Origin: Myxococcota bacterium
GTDB taxonomy: Bacteria; Myxococcota; XYA12-FULL-58-9; JALHOP01
NCBI GenBank assembly: GCA_041288095.1
Contig: JBGGMJ010000067.1
Span: forward strand, 1-43,480
Direction: 5' to 3'
DNA length: 43,480 nt
The notes under the pieces were generated by a model. That model was not told the origin of the DNA and made no database searches. It worked only from the letters and a program-made list of their open reading frames with translations. The position numbers and the translations under genes are program-made. How positions within the stretch are numbered: position 1 is the stretch's first letter; every line of letters begins with the position of its first letter. Below are positions 1 to 7,692 of the stretch, piece after piece.

Positions 1-32
1 GTGAGACCGTCGATGACACGGGTCGAAAGCAT
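1..32 (-). CDS. possible 5' start of a gene running off the left edge (MLSTRVIDGL...)
   Basis: ATG at 32-30 opens a frame with high-GC3 codons that runs to the window edge, divergent from the HIT gene. Only 10 codons are visible. Confidence 0.25.
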   Translation of the reverse strand, partial: MLSTRVIDGL

Positions 33-76
33 GATGTCGCTTTATGCAGCCCGGGTCTGACGTGTTATGCGGCGGC

Positions 77-505
77 ATGGCCGAAACCATCTTCTCGAAG
101 ATCATTGCCGGCAGCATCCCGTCGCACAAAGTCTACGAAGACGAGCACGTGCTGGCCTTTCTCGACGTCGGCCCCTTGTCGCGGGGCCACACCCTCGTCA
201 TCCCGAAAGAGCCGGCGGTGACGCTCGACGAGCTCTCCGACGAAGCTTCGGCGGCCATTGGCCGCGTCTTGCCGCGCATCTGTCGCGCCGTGAAGAAGGT
301 CACCGGTTGCGCGGGCTACAACATCCTGCAGAACAACGGCAGCATCGCCCATCAAGTGGTGATGCACGTCCACTTCCATATCATCCCGAAGAGCGATGGC
401 GGCAGCGGCCTCGGCATCTCGTGGCCCGCAAAGCCAGTCGATCACGACGACGCGAAGAAGCTAGCCGAAGCATTGCGGGCGGCGACCGCTACCGGCGCCA
501 GCTAG
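77..505 (+). CDS. HIT (histidine triad) family nucleotide hydrolase, Hint-like
   Basis: N-terminus MAETIFSKIIAGSIPSHKVYEDE, AFLDVGPLSRGHTLVIPK, and the histidine triad HQVVMHVHFHIIP. ATG at 77 chosen because it matches the family N-terminus. Confidence 0.93.
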   Translation: MAETIFSKIIAGSIPSHKVYEDEHVLAFLDVGPLSRGHTLVIPKEPAVTLDELSDEASAAIGRVLPRICRAVKKVTGCAGYNILQNNGSIAHQVVMHVHFHIIPKSDGGSGLGISWPAKPVDHDDAKKLAEALRAATATGAS

Positions 506-741
506 CCCTGGTTCGCAGGCAGCATCTGCTTCATCCACTCGTGGACCTGGGCGCGAAGAACAGGCTCGCTCACCCCGGGATTTAGTCGCCGAAGCTCAGC
601 TAGGTACTCGCTCGGCTTCATCGGCAAGCTGCCACCAGCGACACGTTGTTGTCCCGCTTGCGGCGTGACGAGACCCGCCGAGCCAGTCGCTGCGCCCGTT
701 GCCACTTGGTTCGGAAGACTACCGCCGGCCACTCTGCTCAT
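502..741 (-). CDS. small protein (79 aa) with a duplicated RVAGGSLP motif and a helical C-terminus
   Basis: GGGGAG RBS just upstream of ATG at 741. The 8-aa repeat is encoded by different synonymous codons in its two copies. Stop overlaps the convergent HIT stop. Confidence 0.6.
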   Translation of the reverse strand: MSRVAGGSLPNQVATGAATGSAGLVTPQAGQQRVAGGSLPMKPSEYLAELRRLNPGVSEPVLRAQVHEWMKQMLPANQG

Positions 742-785
742 GACGCTCCCCAATAGCAGGAAGCGTGAGTTTACCCGAACCGCGC

Positions 786-810
786 TGGGGGTGAATCCGC
801 GTCACCCCCA
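786..810. promoter_or_regulatory. perfect 9-bp inverted repeat TGGGGGTGA-N7-TCACCCCCA, candidate operator in a divergent intergenic region
   Basis: Read directly from the sequence. Lies between the divergent genes at 741(-) and 1008(+). No U-tract follows the stem on either strand. Confidence 0.45.
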
Positions 811-1007
811 AAAGCGAAAAAAGTTTTGGCTGGCCGCGTCAAAGGTTTCTTCAAGTACCTCAAACACCTGCGGAATCTAGGCGCCGCCTACATCACCCAC
901 ATGCCCCTCCTACCCCCTACTCTTTTAGTGACAAGGGGATTCCCCTGGGTTACATCGCCGCGCCGTTCGACGCTTCCACCAGGGCCGAGAACCCAAAGCC
1001 AGCCGCC

Positions 1008-3248
1008 ATGTTCGAGACCGATAAGCCCACCGACAATTCCTCCGAGCCCAGTCCCATGGGCAGTTTTTCGCAAGCGCTCCCCGAGCGCTTTGCCTCTCAG
1101 ATCTCCGTCGTGGACCGCCCAGCGGAGCACATCTGGGCCACGCCCGCCGATAAAGTGCGCACCATGGTCGATTCCTTCCCCGTACAGCCTGTGGCTCTGC
1201 CAAAGGCGCCTGTTGCTTTGGCCGGCATCCCGGCGACAGCCCTCATCGAAAACGCGGGCGATGTCGCGGCTTTAGTCGGCGAGCGCCTGACGCTCCAAGC
1301 CTTCGCGCAGCTCTGCGGCACCCTCGGCGGCTACCCCTTCGTAAAGGTCGTCGTCGACCGCCCGACCCGCACGGTCCACTTCCTCAACAACGCCAAGTAC
1401 CCCTTCCACGCCGACTACATCGGCGAGCGCCTCCTGGGTCTGTCGCCCGGTGAGATTGACGCCAACATCGACCAGTACAACGAGTCGTTCTATCTGACGC
1501 GCGACCGCCGCTTCTTCTTGGGCATCCTCGCCCTGCACAAGCGCCGCGACAAGAACACCGACCGCCGCTTCTTCACGCTCGAGACCGTCGAAGTCGACAC
1601 CATGGACGGTCCGATGTTGCAGTCGTTCTTCGACATCGTGAAGGAGAACCTGGATCCGAGCTCACCCGTGCTCGTGAAGCCGGCGAACCACCTCCAGGAA
1701 TCGATCGTCACGACGATTCCGCGCGAGCAGATGCCGCGCGTCTTCTCGCACGAGCTCTTCGCGACCTCGCGCTTCATCGCCTTGAACGCCGGCGAGTCTC
1801 GCGGTCGCCTTCGTGCTTTCCGCAGCGAAGTCGAGTACCGGTCACAAGCGCACACCATCGAGTGGTACGACATCCTCGTGATGCACCGCGTGCCCGACGA
1901 CATCCCGCGCGTCTCGGGCATCATCAACGCGCACCACACCACTCCGCTATCGCACACAAACGTGCTCGCCTCCGGTTGGGGAATCCCCAACTGCGTGCAG
2001 CTCGGCATCTTCGACCGCATCGAAAAAGACCGCTTGGACGGACACTGGGTCCGCTTCCAGGTGGAGATGAACGCCACCGAGCCGGTGCTCGAGCCGGCGG
2101 AGAAGCCCGCCGATCTCGCCAAGCGGCCGATCTGGAGCGTGCAGAGCATCAAGCTCGAGGCGCCAGAGACCGCGAACATCCCCATCGTGGCGCTCGACCG
2201 CCTGCGCATGAGCGACCGCTACAAGTACGGCACCAAGGCCGCGAACTTGGGCGAGCTCAAGTACGTCCTCGAGAACGGCTCGGAGCGCATGCTCGGCTTC
2301 TATCGCGTACGCCGCCCACCGCGCGCGAACCTGCTGCCCTATCTCGCGCGCTTCCTGAACGTCCCGGCGAACTTCGCCATGGAAGGCCGTGGCGCCACCC
2401 TGGGTCGCGCCGCCTGGGAATTCCTGCGTGAGAACTTCCAGGTGCCGCGCGGCATCGCTATCCCCTTCGCGGTGCAGCAAGAGTTCCTCGAGTCGTCGGC
2501 GCCGATTCAGCAAGCCATCGGTAAGCTGAAGATGGCGCTCGAGCTCAAGGCTCGCGAGATCGATCCGCTGTGCGTCTCGTTGCAGCAGATGATCCGCCAG
2601 GCGCGCATGCCGGAGCACCTGCGCAACGCCATCGACGATCAGATCGCCGAGCACCTCTCGGGCGTCTCCTCGTTCGTCGTGCGCTCGTCGTCGAACGCCG
2701 AGGACCTGCAGGGCTTCTCCGCCGCCGGCATCTACGAGTCGATCAACAAGGCGCGCACCGCCGACGACGTCTTCCAGTCGATCAAAGAGGTCTGGGCGTC
2801 ACTGCTCTCGCCTCGCAGCGTCCGTCTGCGCAACGACGTCGGCATCTCGCTCGACGACTGCTGGATGGGCGTCATCGTCCAAGAGAAGGTGCCTTCGGGC
2901 ATGGGCGGCGTGCTGGTCACGACCAACCCGATGTCGCGCGACGACTTCCGCAACGTCTACGTCAACGTCTCGCCGAAGAGCGTCGAGAACATCGTCGACG
3001 GCTCCGAGCTGCCGATGCAGTACCTCTACAACGTCGTCGAGGGCGGTGGTCGCACCCTGTCGATCGGCGACGCCAAGGAGGACCTCTCCGACGAGCGCAA
3101 GGTCGTCCTGCAAAAGCTGGGTCTCGCGGGCCGCTTGCTGCAAGCACACTTCTCGCCGGACTACACCTTCGCGCAGCCCGTCGATATCGAGTGGCTGGCC
3201 AACGACGAAGGCATCTCGATTCTGCAACTAAGGCCGTACGCCAAGTAA
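1008..3248 (+). CDS. PEP-utilizer/dikinase family phosphotransferase with permuted domain order (unknown N-domain, phospho-His swivel domain, C-terminal PPDK_N ATP-grasp domain)
   Basis: TTPLSHTNVLASGWGIPN resembles the TSHAAIxAR..GIP phospho-His motif (His about residue 316). ATP-binding domain motifs: YGTKAANLGEL, VPRGIAIP, VVRSSSNAEDLQGFSAAGIYES, IKEVWASL, MGVIVQE, GVLVTTNP, PVDIEW, ILQLRP. Confidence 0.85.
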   Translation: MFETDKPTDNSSEPSPMGSFSQALPERFASQISVVDRPAEHIWATPADKVRTMVDSFPVQPVALPKAPVALAGIPATALIENAGDVAALVGERLTLQAFAQLCGTLGGYPFVKVVVDRPTRTVHFLNNAKYPFHADYIGERLLGLSPGEIDANIDQYNESFYLTRDRRFFLGILALHKRRDKNTDRRFFTLETVEVDTMDGPMLQSFFDIVKENLDPSSPVLVKPANHLQESIVTTIPREQMPRVFSHELFATSRFIALNAGESRGRLRAFRSEVEYRSQAHTIEWYDILVMHRVPDDIPRVSGIINAHHTTPLSHTNVLASGWGIPNCVQLGIFDRIEKDRLDGHWVRFQVEMNATEPVLEPAEKPADLAKRPIWSVQSIKLEAPETANIPIVALDRLRMSDRYKYGTKAANLGELKYVLENGSERMLGFYRVRRPPRANLLPYLARFLNVPANFAMEGRGATLGRAAWEFLRENFQVPRGIAIPFAVQQEFLESSAPIQQAIGKLKMALELKAREIDPLCVSLQQMIRQARMPEHLRNAIDDQIAEHLSGVSSFVVRSSSNAEDLQGFSAAGIYESINKARTADDVFQSIKEVWASLLSPRSVRLRNDVGISLDDCWMGVIVQEKVPSGMGGVLVTTNPMSRDDFRNVYVNVSPKSVENIVDGSELPMQYLYNVVEGGGRTLSIGDAKEDLSDERKVVLQKLGLAGRLLQAHFSPDYTFAQPVDIEWLANDEGISILQLRPYAK

Positions 3249-3261
3249 CGGGAGCTTCGTG

Positions 3262-4467
3262 ATGTCGACGAAGCGCCTCGTCTTTCTCTACTACGCCTTC
3301 CAGTTCTTCTTCTCACTGCTGCTGTGGGTGCCGATCTTCTACGCCTACCAGCAACAGCTCGGGCTCTCCGACCCCGAGATCTTCAAGATCCAGAGCATCT
3401 ACTACATCGCGTTCTGCGTGCTCGAGATCCCGACGGGGATGATGGCGGACGCGATTGGCCGGCGACGCTCGATGCGCTTCGGCGCCGCGGCGCTGGTGGG
3501 CGCGAACCTCCTGGTCGTCGGCATCCCCACGTTCATCGGCCCGTACATGGGCTTCGTGGTGCACTGGCTCTTGATTGCGCTATCGCGGTCACTCATCTCG
3601 GGCGCCTCGAGCGCCTATTTGTACGATGCGCTGCAAGACCGCGGCGACAAGGAGATCTACAAGCAGGCCGAGGGCAACGCGCGCGCCTACGGGTTGGTGG
3701 GCAAGGTTGCCTGCTGGGCTGGTATCGGCTTCCTCATGCAGTGGCACTTCACCCTGCCCTATTGGCTCACTGCCTTCTCCGCCCTGTGCGCTTTCGCGGT
3801 CGCCATGATGTTGCCGCAAGACTCGGGAGCGAAGCGCTCCTCACCGCTGCTGCTTTTGCCGCGCGCCTTCGCCATCGTCCGCGGCTCGCCGAAGCTCGCG
3901 CTGCTCATGGTGCAAGGCATCGGTTTGTTCACGCTCGTTCGCCTCGTACAGGTGAACCTGTTCCAACCGATCCTCGGCGCCAAGGGCTTCGGCGTCGAGA
4001 CCTTCGGCATCATCCTCGCCGGCTCGTCGATCTTCGAAGCGGTCGGCTCGGCCCGACCCGCATGGATGCGCCGCTTCGTCGGTGACTTCCACGCGGTGAC
4101 GCTGCTCACAGTGGTAATGGCGGCGGCCATGTCCGTGATGGCGGTCGGTAACGCCTGGATAGCGGTCGCTGCCTTGGCGGTCTTCTCGTTCATCGCCGGC
4201 ATCTCGTTCCCGATTCAACGGCAGGTCTTCAACGACGCCATTCCGGAGCCGTCGCTGCGCGCGACCCTGCTGTCGATGGAGTCGATCGTCGACCGTTCAG
4301 TGTGCGCTTGGGCGGCTCTGCAGCTCGGCGACTACCTGGCGGCAGGCCGTCTCAATCACTTCCTGCACGGGGCGGCGGTCGTCGCGGCCATCGTCACGCT
4401 CGCGGTCGCAGTCGCTGTCGGTGCCATGAAGTCAGGCCGACAGGATGTCAGGCAACCGGCCGTCTGA
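3262..4467 (+). CDS. MFS transporter (probable exporter)
   Basis: About 12 hydrophobic segments; MFS motif A-like EIPTGMMADAIGRRRSM; SGASSAYLYD; RATLLSMES. GGGAG RBS 13 nt after the kinase stop region. Confidence 0.9.
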   Translation: MSTKRLVFLYYAFQFFFSLLLWVPIFYAYQQQLGLSDPEIFKIQSIYYIAFCVLEIPTGMMADAIGRRRSMRFGAAALVGANLLVVGIPTFIGPYMGFVVHWLLIALSRSLISGASSAYLYDALQDRGDKEIYKQAEGNARAYGLVGKVACWAGIGFLMQWHFTLPYWLTAFSALCAFAVAMMLPQDSGAKRSSPLLLLPRAFAIVRGSPKLALLMVQGIGLFTLVRLVQVNLFQPILGAKGFGVETFGIILAGSSIFEAVGSARPAWMRRFVGDFHAVTLLTVVMAAAMSVMAVGNAWIAVAALAVFSFIAGISFPIQRQVFNDAIPEPSLRATLLSMESIVDRSVCAWAALQLGDYLAAGRLNHFLHGAAVVAAIVTLAVAVAVGAMKSGRQDVRQPAV

Positions 4468-4478
4468 CGCGCCGAGAA
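4452..4478 (+). promoter_or_regulatory. sigma28/FliA-like promoter GCAA-N15-GCCGAGAA
   Basis: Matches the TAAA-N15-GCCGATAA architecture and ends 8 nt before ATG 4487. The same motif occurs at 5471 and 26384. Confidence 0.5.
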
Positions 4479-4486
4479 CCGACTCA

Positions 4487-5449
4487 ATGCCCATCACGCC
4501 GGTCCGTTTCGGCGAGCGCCTAGCGCTCGCGAGGGACGAGTCTCCCTTGGGCACCGGTGTGTCCCGCGAGGCGCCGGCGCCGCTCGACAACGAGGCGAGA
4601 GCACGCCGTGTCGTGCGAGCCGTCGCTAATCCGATGCCGACTCTGGAGCAGGTGTCCGAGCTCGACGCCGGGAGCATCGTCCGCCGCAGCATCCCCAACG
4701 GCCGGTTGTTCGTGGACGGGGTGCGGCCCTTCGACATCACGCAAGGTCTCACCGGCGACTGCTGGCTCGTGGCGTCGCTCATCGCCATCGCCGCGACTCG
4801 CCCCGAGCTCATCGAGAACGCGGTCACCGACAACGAGGACGGCACCTTCACCGTACGTCTCTACGAGGCAGGCGCGGCCCGCGACGTCACGGTCAACGGC
4901 GAGCTCTACATGCACGCAGCCATTCGCAAGCCGGTTTACATGCGCTCGCGCAACGCCACGGAGCTGTGGGGTCCGATCATCGAGAAGGCCTACGCGGGGC
5001 TCCACGACGACGGTTACCAAGGCGTGCACAGCGGTTGGCCGGCGGACGCGCTACGAACCTTGACCAACCTCGACAGCGACCTCCTCGCCCACGCGTCGTC
5101 GAGCGACGATGCTCTCTATGCGACCATCGAGCAGGCCCTGCGTGACCGGCGGCCGACGGTTGCCGATATCGGCATAGACGATGTCGCGGCGGCCGAAGCA
5201 GCCGGCTTGCTGCCCCTCCACGCGTACGCGGTGCTGGGCACCCAGATCGAGGATGGCCAGCGCTATCTCGTGTTGCGCAACACCACTGACTCGCCCGAGT
5301 TCGAGACGTCCGCGTACATCGCGGCGCTGCCGCCGTTCGTCCAGCGTGAGGACCATGGCTCGCCGTTCGGGCTCGACGGGGCCTTTCGCATGCGTATCGA
5401 CGACTACCGGCGCTGGTTCCGGCAGACGACCGTCCTCAAAGCAGGCTGA
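4487..5449 (+). CDS. calpain-like cysteine protease (peptidase C2 catalytic domain), no signal peptide
   Basis: DITQGLTGDCWLVAS (catalytic Cys), ELWGPIIEKAYA, GWPADALRTLT, HAYAVLG (His), YLVLRN (Asn), DGAFRM. Low-complexity N-terminal extension. Confidence 0.85.
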   Translation: MPITPVRFGERLALARDESPLGTGVSREAPAPLDNEARARRVVRAVANPMPTLEQVSELDAGSIVRRSIPNGRLFVDGVRPFDITQGLTGDCWLVASLIAIAATRPELIENAVTDNEDGTFTVRLYEAGAARDVTVNGELYMHAAIRKPVYMRSRNATELWGPIIEKAYAGLHDDGYQGVHSGWPADALRTLTNLDSDLLAHASSSDDALYATIEQALRDRRPTVADIGIDDVAAAEAAGLLPLHAYAVLGTQIEDGQRYLVLRNTTDSPEFETSAYIAALPPFVQREDHGSPFGLDGAFRMRIDDYRRWFRQTTVLKAG

Positions 5450-5470
5450 TTTCGTTGCGCTTCGAGACAC

Positions 5471-5497
5471 GCAACTTCAGCGGAGGTGCGCCGATAC
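5471..5497 (+). promoter_or_regulatory. sigma28/FliA-like promoter GCAA-N15-GCCGATAC
   Basis: GCAACTTC-N11-GCCGATAC in the intergenic region, 38 nt upstream of ATG 5536. Confidence 0.5.
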
Positions 5498-5535
5498 TGC
5501 GTGAGTCAACCGAGGCGTCGATAAGGGAAGTGTCC

Positions 5536-5910
5536 ATGTCCGTCAACCAGCCAAATCGCCTACATGACCTCGCGCGAGGCCTTCAGGCCTGGAGCACGCG
5601 GCCTGACGGCTATAACTACCAGCTGGTCGACCAAGGCTTCGTCGACCGGATGCGTAGCGGGACCCCGACCGTCGCCGACTACCAGCACATCGAAGCAGCC
5701 GCCAAAGACCGCGCTCGTCAGGTCGGCTTCTGCCCGCCCGATAGCCTCGACCCGGACTACGGCGTTCGGCTCGGGGTAGCGCGCGATCTCGAAGCGATGC
5801 GCAAGGCCCTGGCCGAGCACCCCGGCATCAAGGAAGCGATCGCCGCCGCGCCGAGCAAGGTCTCTCAAATCTGGGCAGGCCTCCGCGCCTGTTTGCCCGG
5901 TGGCCGATAA
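5536..5910 (+). CDS. hypothetical protein (124 aa, helical)
   Basis: AAGGGAAG RBS before ATG 5536, genome-like codon usage, fills the gap between two real genes. No recognisable motif. Confidence 0.6.
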   Translation: MSVNQPNRLHDLARGLQAWSTRPDGYNYQLVDQGFVDRMRSGTPTVADYQHIEAAAKDRARQVGFCPPDSLDPDYGVRLGVARDLEAMRKALAEHPGIKEAIAAAPSKVSQIWAGLRACLPGGR

Positions 5911-6346
5911 ACTGCGCTTCGAGAAGTTCGCCCGATTCGTGGCCGACCGCTTCAGCGGAGCACGGCGTGTCTACGACATCGCCGGCGGTCAGGGCCGCTT
6001 GAACGAAGAGCTGACCAAGCTCGGCCGCGAGACCACGACCTTCGATCAGCGCCACAAGCACCTCGAGGTGCGCTACGAGCAGCGCCGCTTCACCGTCGAC
6101 GAGCCATGCGCCTGCGACGTCGTCGTCGGCATGCACCCCGACGGCGCGACGCGCGTCATCATCGAGTACGCCGCGGCGCACAGGGTCCCTTTCGCCATCG
6201 TGCCGTGCTGCTCGGACAACGGCATGTCCTACAAGCCGTGGATGCGCCACCTCGCCGAGCTCGCCGCGACCCACGGCATGAGTGTCGAACATCACACATT
6301 GGAAATGCAGGGCCGCGCCGCGGTCATCGTCGGAGTTCCCCCGTGA
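5900..6346 (+). CDS. small class I SAM-dependent methyltransferase-like protein
   Basis: Motif I VYDIAGGQGRL, acidic residue after strand 2 (TTFDQR), VVGMHPDGAT and AIVPCC motifs. Confidence 0.65.
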   Translation: MADKLRFEKFARFVADRFSGARRVYDIAGGQGRLNEELTKLGRETTTFDQRHKHLEVRYEQRRFTVDEPCACDVVVGMHPDGATRVIIEYAAAHRVPFAIVPCCSDNGMSYKPWMRHLAELAATHGMSVEHHTLEMQGRAAVIVGVPP

Positions 6347-7692
6347 GTGAGCCACAGATCATCCGTAGAAGCGGACAGCCGCGTGCTTCACAGACAGCCG
6401 AAGCGGGCAAACCACGTGACGTCGCCATAGCGGACGTTCCCGCGGGCCCGCGGCACGTCATGTGGCGCGCGGCGCCGCAGCCCGACAGCAACGCCGTCGT
6501 CCGTGCGACCCCGGCCGCGGTAGCTCCGGTCATCAGCGGGCCGATGATCGCGACGAAGCCCGAGCCATGGGCCTCGAAATGGGTCAAGCGACCCGCCGTC
6601 GCCTTCTTCTCGATGCTTTTTGCGCTGTGGCAGAAGCGCATCACCCATGAAGTCCACATCAAGGGTGGCGAGTGGACGCAGACGCTCGAGCCCGGACGCC
6701 CGTTGGTCTGGCTTGCGACACATCAGACCTCGCTCGACTTCGTGAACCTCTTCCCCTTGCAACGCCGCATTCCTGGAAAGCCCGACTTCAAGATCGCCGC
6801 GCGCACCTTGAAGGGTGGCGCCTTCGCGAAGATCGGCAACTGGGTGATGCAGAAGACGATCTGCTTCCAGCTCCATCGCACCAAGATGGGCGAAGGCGGC
6901 ACCGAGGCGCAGCAAGCGGCAATGCGCGCCGCGAATGCCGAGACCATGGCCGCGATTCGTGACCGCTTCGGCTGGGGCGGCCACGTCCTGGTGTTCCCCG
7001 AAGGCACGACGATGACCAATGGTCGCATCGTCGAGGTGAAGAAGGGCTTCATGTCCCTCATCCGCGTGCCGCAGGCCGACGGCACGGAGCGCGTCGTCTC
7101 CGTGGCCCCGGTCGGGTACACCCTCGACCTGCTGGCCGGCCCGCGCGGCAAGTACTTGAACTTCATCAACTCGGGCGCGCCGATGACCTACACGCCGGTC
7201 GACCCGCTTCCGGGCGAGTCTGCCGAAGCGTACAGGCGACGCGACGCGGAAGACTTTGCCGGCAAAGTGCACGCACGATTGCTCTCGCTCACGACGGTGA
7301 CTGCTTCCCAGCTCGCCGGCGTATATCTCATGGACAGGACCGAGCTCTCACCCGACGCGTTGTTCGGCTTCTTGCACGGCAAGGCACTGGCGGCCGCGGC
7401 CGCGGGCTACCATGTCGACGACGCCCTGCTCCACCTTGGCGCGTGCCGCGAGCGCTTCGAGCAGCTCTGGAAGAACCTGGTGCGCGAAGGCTACGTGAAC
7501 CAGGGCGACGACGGCCGCTGGTGCGTCAATCAAGAGCGCTATCGCCGCGAGAAGCTCAACATGAAGTTCGAAGCCGACAACCCCTATCGCTACAAGGGCT
7601 ACAAGCAGGACAACCCGCTGCGCTACTGCGCGAACCGCCTCCTCCAGGTGATGGAGAGCGATTCGCGCATGCGGGACATCGTGCGCGCCTAA
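6343..7692 (+). CDS. PlsC/GPAT-like glycerolipid acyltransferase with C-terminal extension
   Basis: HxxxxD motif ATHQTSLD and VLVFPEGT. GTG start at 6343 overlaps the upstream stop (GTGA). Confidence 0.8.
   Translation: MSEPQIIRRSGQPRASQTAEAGKPRDVAIADVPAGPRHVMWRAAPQPDSNAVVRATPAAVAPVISGPMIATKPEPWASKWVKRPAVAFFSMLFALWQKRITHEVHIKGGEWTQTLEPGRPLVWLATHQTSLDFVNLFPLQRRIPGKPDFKIAARTLKGGAFAKIGNWVMQKTICFQLHRTKMGEGGTEAQQAAMRAANAETMAAIRDRFGWGGHVLVFPEGTTMTNGRIVEVKKGFMSLIRVPQADGTERVVSVAPVGYTLDLLAGPRGKYLNFINSGAPMTYTPVDPLPGESAEAYRRRDAEDFAGKVHARLLSLTTVTASQLAGVYLMDRTELSPDALFGFLHGKALAAAAAGYHVDDALLHLGACRERFEQLWKNLVREGYVNQGDDGRWCVNQERYRREKLNMKFEADNPYRYKGYKQDNPLRYCANRLLQVMESDSRMRDIVRA

Noticed and set aside
786-826. 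Hairpin as an intrinsic terminator
   Set aside because: It lies between divergent gene starts, and the A-run is on the wrong side to give a 3' U-tract on either strand.
965-991. GCCGAGAA upstream of the dikinase as a further sigma28-like promoter (also GCCGATAA at 5903 and minus-strand TCCGATAC near 31165)
   Set aside because: No GCAA/TAAA-like -35 at 15-nt spacing, and a -10-like match alone is too common in this GC-rich sequence.
1008-3248. Annotation as PEP synthase (ppsA), PPDK or rifampin phosphotransferase (rph)
   Set aside because: No pyruvate-binding barrel, and the His domain precedes the ATP-grasp domain, unlike all three. No gene symbol assigned.
6106-6342. Long N-terminal extensions given by the ORF track (528-aa acyltransferase; also 12065-12388, 8346-8672, 23323-23658, 37025-37237)
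   Set aside because: They overlap neighbouring real genes. Downstream starts with stop/start overlaps, signal peptides or family-typical N-termini fit better.
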